A stretch of DNA of 64,000 nt, taken from Octopus bimaculoides (lineage: Eukaryota). The translations under genes and the position numbers were made by a program. Shown here piece by piece: positions 1-11,137 of this stretch. Where the stretch lies: NCBI RefSeq assembly GCF_001194135.2, contig NC_068990.1, positions 31,512,757 to 31,576,756 of the forward strand, in the 5' to 3' direction. Below the pieces are notes generated by a model. It saw only the letters and a program-made list of their open reading frames with translations. It was not told the DNA's origin and ran no database searches. The first letter of the stretch is position 1, and the number at the start of each line of letters is the position of its first letter.

Positions 1-478
1 CAATTAATAGTTGTTCACTCATTCAGGCAACTACATAAATAAACAATCAAATCTACTCTTTGCACAACTAATATATTTGTATTATAGATCCCCATAAAGT
101 AACTAGTACTTACATTATCAATTCTAGAGAAATGAAAGTCAAAGTCAAACCCTGTATTTATAATATACATACATATATAGTTATATGTATATATCAAAGA
201 AAAAATTAATTATTACTAATTGCAACTGAGGGTACTGAAGCACCTATATTGCAAAAAATATGAATTATAATCTCTTAATTCTGTATGAAGAGCACAATAT
301 ATATAGACACTGAATGGGGAGATAACTGCCTCATGTGTGTTTCTAGGATCACTAGACTAGATTAGTTTTGTCTATCAATTGTAGGCTTGTCAGTAATAAC
401 TACTCTATTGCTTGATGGTTTGGCTAAATCCGGCTGTCAATATTTTTACTATAAAAATTTATGCATTAGCATATATTA

Positions 479-780
479 AAAATTAATATAAACAGCTAGG
501 CACAATATAATACCATAAAGGAAAAATTTAATCATTACTAATTGTGACTGAGAGTGTCAAGTGCCTGTATTGCAAGAAATAAGAGTTAAAACTCTTAATG
601 CTGTAAGAAGCATGCAATGTATACATACACTGCCTGTGTATATATATGTATATATATTGTGCACTTCTTACAACATTAAGAGTTTTTAAATCTTATTTCT
701 AGCAATATAAGTGCTTCGGTACCCTCAGTCACAGTTACTTTATGGTTTTATATTGCACCTAACTGTTTATATTAATTTAT
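479..780. mobile_element. MITE-like fold-back element
   Basis: 481-617 (aattaatataaacagctaggcacaatataataccataaag...actcttaatgctgtaagaag) is the degenerate reverse complement of 655-778. A third, direct copy of the arm lies at ~198-312. Confidence 0.6.
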
Positions 781-799
781 ATGTGTATATATTTATATA

Positions 800-1678
800 T
801 GAGGGGATATCCAAAAGTAACTGGAAATATTTGTAGATTCAGACTTCTGTCACTAGAAGCCATTTGATACAATCCTCAGGTATCAGTTTGCCAAACAGCA
901 TCGTTGGCTGAAGTCGGACTGCCATGTGGTGCATTTTTGTCTTGCAGTGCTTCTCCTCTGTTCATCAATTTTTGCGTTGGCTGAAACAAAGGAACAGCAT
1001 ACTTCTGTGAAATTCTGTTTGCTGCTGGGGAAAACAGAAGCTGAAACAGTTGTCATGCTTCAAACATCTTATGAGGATGCTGCCATGAATGAAACACAAG
1101 TTTACGAGTGGTTTCTATGCTTTAGGAACGGTCACTTGTTACTTGAAGACCAACCTTGCTCAGGACGATTGCTAACCTCCTGAATGAATGGAAACATTAT
1201 GAAAATTCATGAACTGGTCTTAGAGGACCATCACCAAACATTTGACGAACTTGTTGATATGACTGGTGTGTCCTAGAACTCCTGCCAACGAATTTTGAGC
1301 GAAGAATTGCAAAGGAAAAGAGTTGCAGCAGAATTTGTGCCTCACTTGCTCATGGAAGATCAAAAGCAGTCATGACTGAATGTGTGTCCTGAACTGAAAG
1401 AACAACTGGAAGTTGGTCTGGACCTTTTTTCGAAGGTCTTCACTGGTGACAAAAGCTGATCTTATTGCAGATGTGGGAGAGGGGAAGGAAAAACGATGGA
1501 GGTGTTAAAAAGCATCACTTCGCAAGAGTTCAAGCACTGCTTTGAATAGTGGAAAATGTGCCTGAACCAATGCATCACTTCAAATTGCAAATACTTTGAA
1601 GGCAATAAAAGTGTAAACATATACAACTAAGTGAATAAAATAATATTGTAAAATTCTGATTTCTTTTGGGTACCCCCT

Positions 1679-1680
<2 letters not shown>
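800..1680 (+). mobile_element. Internally deleted mariner (DD34D-type) transposon relic
   Basis: TA-flanked imperfect TIRs (tgaggggatatccaaaagtaactggaa / ttctgatttcttttgggtacccccttg). N-terminal HTH KEQHTSVKFCLLLGKTEAET..YEWF..F.NG..LED.PCSGR, then FVPHLL and VFTGDKS (first catalytic D), jumping to the C-terminus QEFKHCFE*WK..QCI.SN..YFEG. Contains in-frame stops. Confidence 0.9.

Positions 1681-1726
<46 letters not shown>
1681..1726. repeat. (TA)n microsatellite at the mariner TA target site
   Basis: Pure TA run immediately after the right TIR. Confidence 0.95.
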
Positions 1727-1729
<3 letters not shown>

Positions 1730-2241
1730 GTGCATGCATGTGTATATGTCTGTTTGTCTATTGCTAGAACACATTTGTCAAGGGTTGATTTAATGATAAA
1801 CGATAAATACTGACACAAAGTTAAGGATGTTATAATTCTACAGAGAAATATTGGTCAAAAATGATATATCTCAAGAACACCAAAATGTAGTTCAGAGATC
1901 TTTACAATTGTATTCAAAAACTTAAGAAGAATATTTTATATATTGGTTGAAATTTAGAGCATGTTGTTGATTTGAAATGAAATAGAAACTTCTCTTAGCT
2001 TCAAAAATTATGTGAATATACCATTCATTAAAGGTCGTAAAAATGAAACGCTTACTCCCAACCAGCTAAAATGCTTTCATCAAACATTGTTCTTTCATAT
2101 TCTGGTTTGTGTTTTCTTCTTTGAAATATACACTTTTGGTATATTTAAAATTTTCTTATTTAAATCCTTTTATATTTAATTTAATTCGGCAAAACTACAA
2201 ATTCATTAATGATGAAAATTGCATTACAACAAAATCCATAT

Positions 2242-2310
2242 GAACCACTGCTGCTGTTGTTGCTACTGCTGCTGCTGCTACTACTACAAATATTGTTGCT
2301 GCTGCTACTG
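2242..2310. repeat. (CTG/CTA/TTG)n trinucleotide repeat
   Basis: ctgctgctgttgttgctactgctgctgctgctactacta; explains the poly-L/poly-A ORFs at 2195-2454. Confidence 0.9.
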
Positions 2311-3168
2311 TATGTGTTATCAGTGTTGTTTTTGCATAAGAATAAAAAAGTATATAAATATCTGAATTATCTTTTGAAAGTTTTGAAAAGGAACAGAACA
2401 AAAGACAATAAATTTACATATTCCTTATTACAAAATATCTCTTGCAAATGTTGACTTTTTAAAAATGAAAAGTAAAAATGAAAAGATTTTATCAAAATAA
2501 TAAATTCATTAATTCTTTCATCAATAAATATTCAAAATAACCCTTACAGATTTTTATGTCAAATCCTTTGGATTAAAAAATAAATAGAAAATTGTTACAT
2601 AAACATAAATACTTAAAAGCTATTACCAGTAAAATCAGTAAATGCTCCATTTGAAATAGAATATGACAGGCTTTTTGATTCAAATTATGATGGTAACAAA
2701 ATAAATGTATAAATTGTGGATATCAATTTTTTTTTTTCAGTCTTTAACCATGGTTTCTTATCAATCATTGCTTAGTTTTCAAATTTGACTATTTCAGCTG
2801 ATATAAATTCAAATGTTTTAATAAACGATATTTTTATTATTTAATTATTATCCATACTAATCTTTACCCCATTTTGTACTATACCACTTCTGTTTACCTT
2901 CAATGAATATTTTCCTGTGTAAATTGATTCCTTTTTTTACTTAGTTTGTTAATTTCAGACCTATAACACATAGTACCATGATACATAGTATCAAGAAATA
3001 TTGTAATGCCAGAGTTACAATCAGTACATAGCATGGAGATCAAAACAAGTATTGGTGCATCATTTCATATACATAAAACTAAGACAACCACAACATGCAG
3101 ACAACTAACAAGATAGCGTCTGAGAAGAAAATAATCATGTTGATCTAGTAGAAGACATTTGTTTTCAG

Positions 3169-3260
3169 ACTTTCAAATGCTGTCATCACTGAATATAGAA
3201 CACACAGCCATTCAGTGCTACTGTATCAACGATATTGAGAAGACTGTCTCTGAGCAGCAG
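3169..3260 (+). CDS. Candidate internal exon (unverified)
   Basis: Acceptor atttgttttcag, donor cagcag|gtatgt, one open frame FQMLSSLNIEHTAIQCYCINDIEKTVSEQQ. No recognisable homology. Confidence 0.2.
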
Positions 3261-3405
3261 GTATGTGAGAAATTGAAAACTCTAAAACTATATTCCTTTA
3301 AGTGAAGAAAGAAAAGATAAGAAATAATATATATATATTGTCAATGGATCATATATCTGAAAACGAAGCACACTCTAAAATTTACAGCAGTAATGTATTT
3401 ACATA

Positions 3406-3528
3406 AAGTTAAATATATGTCCAGTCATAGGGTGACCAATGGTTTCACATTCATAAACTACTTAGCTTTATAGTGCTTTGTAGATGTGAAGTCATTGGTC
3501 ACTGTATGACTGGACATATATTTAACTT
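3406..3528. mobile_element. Short palindromic MITE-like hairpin
   Basis: aagttaaatatatgtccagtcatagggtgaccaatggtttcacat pairs with atgtgaagtcattggtcactgtatgactggacatatatttaactt. Confidence 0.65.
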
Positions 3529-3558
3529 CATATAAATATATATATGTGTGTGTGTATA

Positions 3559-4340
3559 GAGGGTGTTTCAAAAAATTTGATATCATTTCGCAATCTGATA
3601 ACTTTGCCAGTTCTTGTTCAAATGACCTCAAATTTTAACAGCATGTGTAGAAACGGGTCAAAATTTTATGTTTAATGTTTGATATATTTATCTTTTCAGA
3701 TACAGAAATGGCATTCACTGGAAGAGTAAAGGCGTTTTGTGTGTTGGAGTGTGCTCAAACACAGTCGAACAAGACTGTGCAGCGTGCATTTGTGGGCAAG
3801 TCCTCTAAAATGTCACCAAAAGTAATGCAGATTTGGGCATGGAAGAAAAAATTCAAAGAGGAAGGCTGTCTGTGCAGGGCAAAAGGATCTGGATGACCAC
3901 TAACATCGGAAGAGATGGTCAAGTGAGTTCACCAAAAACTCTTGCAAATCCCCAAGAAGTCCATAAGAAGAACAAATCTGTAAACCCAGATTCCCCCCAA
4001 AACAGTTTGGTGCATGCTGAGGAAATGCTTGCTAATGAAACTCTTCAAGCTGCAGCTCATTCAGGCCATAATGGCAGATGACAAGCAAAAGTGGAAACAA
4101 TTGTGCTGGTATGCAAGAGAAACTTGAAGAAGCCGAGTTCAAGGAATGTCTTGTTTTCAGTGATGAGGCCACATTTCATATGAATAGCAAAGTTAATAAG
4201 CATAATGTTCGCAGTTGGGGTGAAGAATATCCCCATGCCACAGTTGAGCATGCGGGTGGTGCACATATTGAACATTTGTGAAATTGTTCATGGAATCTGC
4301 ACACCTCTGGATTTCTCTTTGGAGAATACAAAGTAAGCAT
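3559..4340 (+). mobile_element. Tc1/mariner-superfamily transposon relic with DUF4817-type HTH
   Basis: TA-gagggtgtttcaaaaaa left end. ATG at 3708 gives MAFTGRVKAFCVLECAQTQSNKTVQRAF..W.KKFKEEGCLC.AKGSG; after frameshifts LVFSDEATFHMNSKVNKHNVRSWGEE.PHA; a PLDF-like remnant near 4300. No right TIR seen. Confidence 0.85.
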
Positions 4341-5060
4341 GGTATAGATATCCATGGAGTAGAGCTCTGATAAAGGAGACCTTCAAATCTCAATTCCTTA
4401 ATCCAGGGCAGATGCTTTCAGTGTAGAAAGTTGGTTATAAGAACGATCCTAGTCAAGCTGGCATGGAAATAGAAAAGCAGATAAACACCAGTAGACTTAA
4501 TGCATATGTTTACATGCAATACAAAATGTATATATTTGAACAATCTTATCTTGACAGCTGTTCAAGTTGAACCATGGCTTATGCTGTAACTACATTCATG
4601 CATAATAACAATCCATGATGTCATTGTTGTATGGATCAGTCAGGTAGAACCAGGTCACTCTCATGGAAGGATATGCCTTTCTATTTATATATATAACAAA
4701 TAACTATATGTGTGTGCTATCAAAACAGTATGGTGAACAATGATGGAATAGCAGTGAGTAAGGGCAAGAAGTATCTGGCAGAGGTATGTGATCATAGGAG
4801 GGTGAATTAATATTGGTCATACACTCAAGGTATTAACAGTATAACATAACTTAGCTTAAATTAACCACCAATAAAATACATTCTTCAAGCGAATTAAAAT
4901 TAGAAATTTGATCTTTAGATTTATTTGTGTCACATTTCTCTTAATATTACAGTCAGCATTTTTCAAGGCATGGTGTACTCATTATCACTGAGAAGAAAGT
5001 ATTGTGTTTTAACTTCTTGTTTTACTTCTCTTAACTTTTTGTTGTACTGTATTTTTTTCA

Positions 5061-5207
5061 TTATTGTTGGCTGTAAAATCTATCTTGCCAATGTCTATCA
5101 ACAAGAACCATTTTATGATGCACCATTTGCTGTAACTTTGGTCCTTTTTGGTCTGGTTGTTTAACAAAATATATCTTCAGGTAGTCATGAAACATAGATG
5201 AATGAGC
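5061..5207 (-). CDS. Candidate terminal coding exon of an unidentified minus-strand gene
   Basis: Acceptor tttgactctttag|, phase-0 open frame AHSSMFHDYLKIYFVKQPDQKGPKLQQMVHHKMVLVDRHWQDRFYSQQ*, and AATAAA ~140 nt downstream (plus 4920-4925). No upstream exon could be securely linked. Confidence 0.35.
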   Translation of the reverse strand, partial: AHSSMFHDYLKIYFVKQPDQKGPKLQQMVHHKMVLVDRHWQDRFYSQQ

Positions 5208-5287
5208 CTAAAGAGTCAAATATAAACCACATTTAAAATGCTGCATCTATACATATTGACAAAACAAAATTTATACCTATCTGCTCA

Positions 5288-5338
<51 letters not shown>

Positions 5339-5659
5339 AGTAAAAATAAATACAAAAAAGGTGGGGTTTTTTTGTATGATTGTGTATAGAGGAATATATT
5401 ATTTTGCTTAAAAGAGTTCCAACACTGTCTGTTTTTTATGTTTTATTTATATTCCTGCAGAACTAATGTGGGGTATAGAATATGGAATATACAATATATA
5501 ATATGATATACAATATACAATATAAAATAATATAAAATAAAATAAAATAAAAATGGATGGCACCATGAAAGAAAGTATTGAATGTAGATGAAATATTGAG
5601 TGTTCAATATAAAGGATCAAATATATAAATATATAAATATAAATATATATATATATAAA

Positions 5660-5700
5660 GGTGACTCGAGTTTCAGGGCTATTTCCCTTCGTCATGGCCG
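5660..5700 (-). ncRNA. Minimal type-I hammerhead ribozyme relic (Penelope pLTR-type)
   Basis: Minus strand reads ggcc-aTGACGA-AGGG aaatag CCCT-GAAAC-tcga-GTC-acc. Helix II is intact, helix III is the palindrome ACTCGAGT, GUC cleavage triplet present. The C3/helix I junction is mutated. Confidence 0.55.
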
Positions 5701-5724
5701 GTATGACAGACTTTAACAGACAAT

Positions 5725-5945
5725 AATTTGACTCAGCTCTATGTGGCTTAAAATTTCCTGGGCATATAGGATGGATACATTTCATCAGTTATTGAGAGGT
5801 GGGTAAGGGATTTGAGACAAATCCAAGATGGCTTCTAAATGTTTGGTCAGTTCAAATCCTTTGCTCTTCTCCCAATATCTGATGAGATGGATCCATCCTT
5901 CATCCATGAAACTTTAAGTTATATGGAGCTGAGTCAAACTGTTAT
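5725..5945. mobile_element. Inverted pair of hammerhead-core-bearing repeats (Penelope pseudo-LTR-like)
   Basis: Minus 5795-5725: caataa CTGATGA aatgtatccatcc..GAAA ttttaag..gagctgaGTCaaa. Plus 5872-5938: caatat CTGATGA gatggatccatccttcatccat GAAAC tttaag..gagctgaGTCaaa. Confidence 0.5.
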
Positions 5946-6198
5946 TACCAAAAGTATATGTAATTCCTACCAAATGTGTTGTCCACTCACTCATATGTAT
6001 ATGTGTGTATGTGTATACATACATACACACATGCATNNNNNNNNNNNNNNNNNNNNNNNNNNNNNNNNNNNNNNNNNNNNNNNNNNNNNNNNNNNNNNNN
6101 NNNNNNNNNNNNNNNNNNNNNNNNNNNNNNNNNNNNNNNNNNNNNNNNNNNNNNNNNNNNNNNNNNNNNNNNNNNNNNNNNNNNNNNNNNNNNNNNNN

Positions 6199-6261
<63 letters not shown>

Positions 6262-7479
6262 ATGTATATGCATGTATATAAAATAATTCTTTCATTCATT
6301 ATATAAAACTGACTACATCCTTATCAGTTACTTTTAAAAGTATGTGTATTGCAATAACTTATACCTTATTTGAATTTGAACTTCCAGTAACTGGTTTCAT
6401 TAATAAATGTATAAATTATTTTTAAAAAGTAAGGAAAAGTAGAAAAAAAGTCAAACTTTTCTCTATTTCAATAGAAATACTTGGAAACTGCAAAGCAACT
6501 TAATAAAGAATGAATGGCTAGAAAATGAAAGATTTACCAAGACTTGATGCTAATCAATAAATCTTGGAAGCTGATGTCAATATTGATCAGTCATGGTCAT
6601 TTAGCCATGATATTCTGATTATATGTGCTATAAAGTTGACTATTGGGATGCAAGTTTAATAGAAAGTTTTCCCGGATGAAATGTCATTTTTATGTCAAAG
6701 AAAATAGCATCTTTGACTATAAAAGCTTGAGATGAAGAATTTGAGAGATGGCCTAATCCAGAAAATTGAGTAAAAATCATATTAAATATGCTACTTAAAT
6801 AGACAGTATCAAACCATCTATGCAAGCAGTCAAAGTAGTGGCCATGTTATTTCAATATATTTGCCAATCTGCCATAATCAATGTTTATTTTCTTTTTCCT
6901 TTCAAAGATATTTGCTTTGCTTTATTCTCCAGTTTAGTTTGTTTTTAACCTTTAATATTAAGCATTGTCATAGTTGATTTCTTTAGGGTTAGGCTTTCTT
7001 TCTATACTTTTTTAGCAACAATAATTTGTTTTATATTTTTCCTATTATTGCCAGAAAAGCAGATGTATCATGAATATATAATTTTGGCATAAAAATAAAT
7101 AGGGAATAGAATCAGTTGGTTGATATCATTTGATGACAAAATATAGTATATGAAAGAAGTAAAAATAATTTAAAGTTTGTACTTAGATTATATGTTCAAG
7201 TAGTTTAGATGTATAAAAATAAACAGTTAAGAAATTTACATGAACTAACACAAACAACACTTTATCATTTAAAACTAATCGGTAGTTGTTTTTTTTTTAT
7301 TAAAGTTGTGAGAATCATTGAGTGTTGGACACATTTTTATATATAAAACGAACCCCAAATATAATGTTAATTTTACTTCTGTGGTTGCTTGGCCCCAATA
7401 GTTTGAGGATTGGAAGGAAATAATAATTCATTGAGTGGTAATATTTGTATATTTGAACATGTGCTGAAAACTGCTTCCC

Positions 7480-7880
7480 AGCTACCCATGCACTTTCCTT
7501 TTTAAGTCCACAACTTCAAAGCAACTACAGATAATGTAGGTACAATAAAAAAGTAGGTTCAGAGAGATTAGTGAAATTCTTGAGCAAAGGCATGTGTGCT
7601 GTATGCAAAAATGAGATGGAGGAATTCCCCAATGAGACTTACCACAGATAAGGAACAAAGGTATAAATTCTTCTGGGTAGGCAAAAGTGATGGCATACTT
7701 CTGCTAAAGAAATGAATAAATAATGTGATTGAGCTAGTCAGAGTATATGATAGGATAATCTTAGATTAGTCTTGGAAAATGTGACGATGACATTTTCTCT
7801 GCATATACTCCTCATGTACAGAAGGACTGGTGACTTGTGACGATGGTAAAGATATAATGAATATAGTGATCTCCTTGTAT
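7480..7880 (+). mobile_element. RTE LINE AP-endonuclease relic
   Basis: Frameshifted NVGT..R..EI.E.LEQRHVCCMQ..RW....KEQRYKFFWVG..DG..LL.K..VIE..RV.DRII..RLVL..IFSAY.P. Confidence 0.65.
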
Positions 7881-7959
7881 CTGACCTTTGTGATGTTTAT
7901 TTTATCAAGTTTATGGAGTTGAAAAGCTAAAGTGACTCAGAGGAGGCAGCTGTTGAAGA

Positions 7960-8130
7960 CAGACTTGGCAGAACATCAGGCAATATCGAATTGTGTCCTA
8001 TGGCATTCTGAGTTCAAATCCTGCTGGTGCTTTACCTTTCAAATTCCTAGGACCAATAAAATAAGTACCCATCAAGCATGAAAGTTAATTCAATTAATAA
8101 CAACTTCCCTCGTAATTTGTTTGAAATCAT
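7960..8130 (+). mobile_element. Degenerate tRNA-derived SINE (family B)
   Basis: ttggcagaac..ctgagttcaaatcc..ctttacctttc..aaataagtacc motifs shared with the copy at 34081. Confidence 0.55.
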
Positions 8131-8261
8131 TGCATTTGAGAACTGAGAAAATAGACATATTAGGTCTGTAGATTGTAATGAGTTTGTCTTTTAGCTGTAT
8201 GACACTTTTGTTTTAAGATATGGCTTTGAATGTTTGTCTTTAGTGGTGTTACTAATTCTAG

Positions 8262-8720
8262 ATGTGTGAGGCACCCATGCCAACGTCGTCTCCTTCATTG
8301 GACACGAAACTCAGCTTGCGAAGACTTATTGGGGCAAGTGAAAGCGAAATTAGGATGGCACCTGTGCCCAGCGTCGCCTTTCCGGTACTTGTGCCCACAG
8401 CATGTGTAAGGACTTTCAAGCGAGATCATTGCCAGTGCCCCTGGACTGGCTCTTGTGCGGGTGGCACATAAAACACACCATTTCGAGCGTGGCCGTTGCC
8501 AGTATCGCCTGACTGGCCTTCGTGCGGGTGACACGTAAAAGCACCTACTACACTCTCGGAGTGGTTGGCGTTAGGAAGGGCATCCAGCTGTAGAAACTCT
8601 GCCAAATCAGATTGGAGCCTGGTGTAGCCTTCGGGCTCCACCAGTCCTCAGTCAAATCATCCAACCCATGCTAGCATGGAAAGCGGATGTTAAACGATGA
8701 TGATGATGATGATGATGATG
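8262..8720 (+). mobile_element. Retroposon with RTE-type 3' tail and (GAT)n terminus
   Basis: GC-rich body ending ggttggcgttaggaagggcatccagctgtagaaac..ccatgctagcatggaaagcggatgttaaacgatgatgat; the same tail recurs at several other sites in the window. Confidence 0.75.
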
Positions 8721-8829
8721 AGTAGTACTCCAGTGATTGTGTGCATGTATGCTGTATGTGTGTGTGTATTTGTATATGTTTTATGTGAGAAAAAGTTAAA
8801 TGCTTGTCCTTCTTTGAGTACTAATACAA

Positions 8830-10830
8830 AAATATTCCACTAGTTGGTAGAGCAATGGGTCCAAACATTTGAAGGATATTTTCAATGAAATCTTTCAAGA
8901 CAAATTATCTCAATTTTAAAACTACTCCTTCAGAAAAGACATCACCTAACAAGCATAAATATAAAACCAAATGTGCTAACTGAAAAAGGGGCTTAACAAA
9001 GTCAGAAGAGAATATTAGCAAATTAATGCTTCTTTACTTGTCTTCTAAATTGCTGCAAAACAACAGCTTGGAGAAGCAGTAGAATTAAAGAAAGGCCAAA
9101 CAATAAAATGGACCACCATGGGTTTTGAAAATGACAAAAAGCATTGTTTATTTACATAAAACTATAAGTTATGTTGCATTACTTATCACAAATAAGCTGT
9201 CAAATAAACCTGCTTCTCATCAACAAAAAGTGAAAAATAAAAATGAAAATTGCTTGGAGATTGTAAAAAGAGAACACAGGAATGCAGACTAAAATATCCT
9301 TACTCAGGATCTGAAAGCCACCATTGAAAAACTTAGATATCAGAAGAGAAGGGCTAAAAGTAAAACTTCAGTGAAACCATTTAACAGTCTACTGAGACAT
9401 AAGGAGACAATCAATAAATATCATGGAAGATCCTTCCCAGAATCATTCTAGAGAAAAATCTGGTGTGAGGCAAAGGAATTTAATCAGAATGCAAGGTGGC
9501 TACAAGAAATACAGAACGAATATTATTTCTGTATTAAACCAAAAACACAGCATCAAGGGTGAGATTCTTGAGATTTTGATCCCAAAAGTTTAAGATAGAT
9601 ATGGACTTCTTGTCAGATATGGATACAAACAACTAAACATTTATTGGCAGTCTCTCAACAATCAACAAGCTCTCAATGTTGACATAAATATACCAGTCTG
9701 GTTAGTATTGACAGGAACAAAACTGATACCCTACAATAATGTTACTCACCTGGTGAAAAAAACTACCAACAAATTGCATTTGAGAATCTCACGTTCTAAA
9801 CATATACAGCTTATATAAATCTATTTCTCCAAGATCATTGTGATAATAATATTATCAGAACTGAACAAGCACCTGGAAAGAAAGAAGTTTTTTTTTGGGG
9901 TGGGGAGGTGAAACAACCTTGATCGACAAAACAATGATATCAGGAGTGTGATAGTGTAAGAGGAACTTGATCACAGTCTAGTTGGATTACAAGAAAGAAT
10001 TTGACTATGTGACTGATTTGTGAACGCTTTAACTTACTAAAGTTTTGAAGCCCTTGACAACCTGACTTCATCCAAGGTTACCATTCTGAACTTAAGTGCA
10101 GGAACTGGTTCTATTGCAGAGGTATATTTCAGGGTGACAGTCTCTCTTTGATGCTATTTATACTTTCAGCAAACCCCTCTATCATTTTTAAAGGCAATCT
10201 GAAGGATAATTAAGTGGCTTACAAAGGACAGAAAACACCAACCAAACACTGCTTCCATGTGGATGATTTGAAAATATATGCCAAGAACGTGGATGGTGTG
10301 CAAGAAAGTTTTGGCATAGTCATGACACTCAAAAGATATAGGGATTGAGTTTAGCTAGGCTAAATGTTCTTACATGGTTGTAAAGTAAGATAGAACTATG
10401 AGTCCCTCTAGTAACATTACAGTCCATGGTTTCTAATATCAGATGAAGAATGTTACAGGTATTTAGGAACAGATAAAAATATTTCCTGTAATGGCACCTA
10501 TAACAAGGAATGGGTAATCAGTGAATATAATGCCAGGATAAAGAAAATATGTTCCTTAGAACTTTATGCATGCATTAAATCCATTTCCCATAAAGTGTTT
10601 GTTGTACCAGTGCTGATATTAGCATTTAGGCTACTTGGTTGGACATAAGGTGAGATCAGAGCTAATAATGTTAAAACCTGGAAATTATTAACCTATATCA
10701 AGAATTTCCATGTCAAAATTTGATGTAACTGCATTTACTTTAAATGAAAACAAAGTGGCAGATACTTAACATCAATCCAAACAGCCTTTGAATGTCATAT
10801 TATATTCTTTTCCCAACATCTACTAATCAC
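8830..10830 (+). mobile_element. R4/Dong-like (RLE-clade) non-LTR retrotransposon relic, RT region
   Basis: Frameshifted motifs KIW..AKEFNQNARWL, PVWL..G.KLIP.N..T..KNY..IA, DHC.NNII..EQA.GKK, RGIFQGDSLS..LF, H..HVDDLKIYAK, Y.YLG, SEY..RIKKI.S.ELYA..K..H.VFVVPVL. Confidence 0.8.
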
Positions 10831-11096
10831 TGAATGTCAATGTCCTGCCATGGATGAAGCCTGTATAGATGATGTTGATCATCTAAGTATGAATTGGACA
10901 TGACTGTCTGATTAGGAATTATAAGTTTATTTTCATACAGTGATTTGGTTGTGGACTGGTTCTGTACTTATGTGAACATGAGAGAGGGGGGAAGGGAAGA
11001 GGAGAGGGAGAGAGAGAAAGAGAGAGTAGAGTATATGTGGAACACATAGTGTAGCCCTTAAGCTAGTAGGAGTTAAGTCTTTTTTGTTGTTGACTC

Positions 11097-11137
<41 letters not shown>

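Noticed and set aside
5839-6306. Several 90-155 aa ORFs spanning N-gaps and (TA)/(GT) runs; similar ORFs at 14803-15271, 17753-18026, 29371-30178, 55841-56089 and 58922-59305
   Set aside because: They stay open only because Ns and microsatellites lack stop codons; the YI/CV/HT dipeptide repeats are artefacts.
6480-6830. Minus-strand ORF 6640-6825 and protein-like plus-strand fragments
   Set aside because: The plus strand looks like a highly decayed LINE inter-domain region; too degenerate to call.
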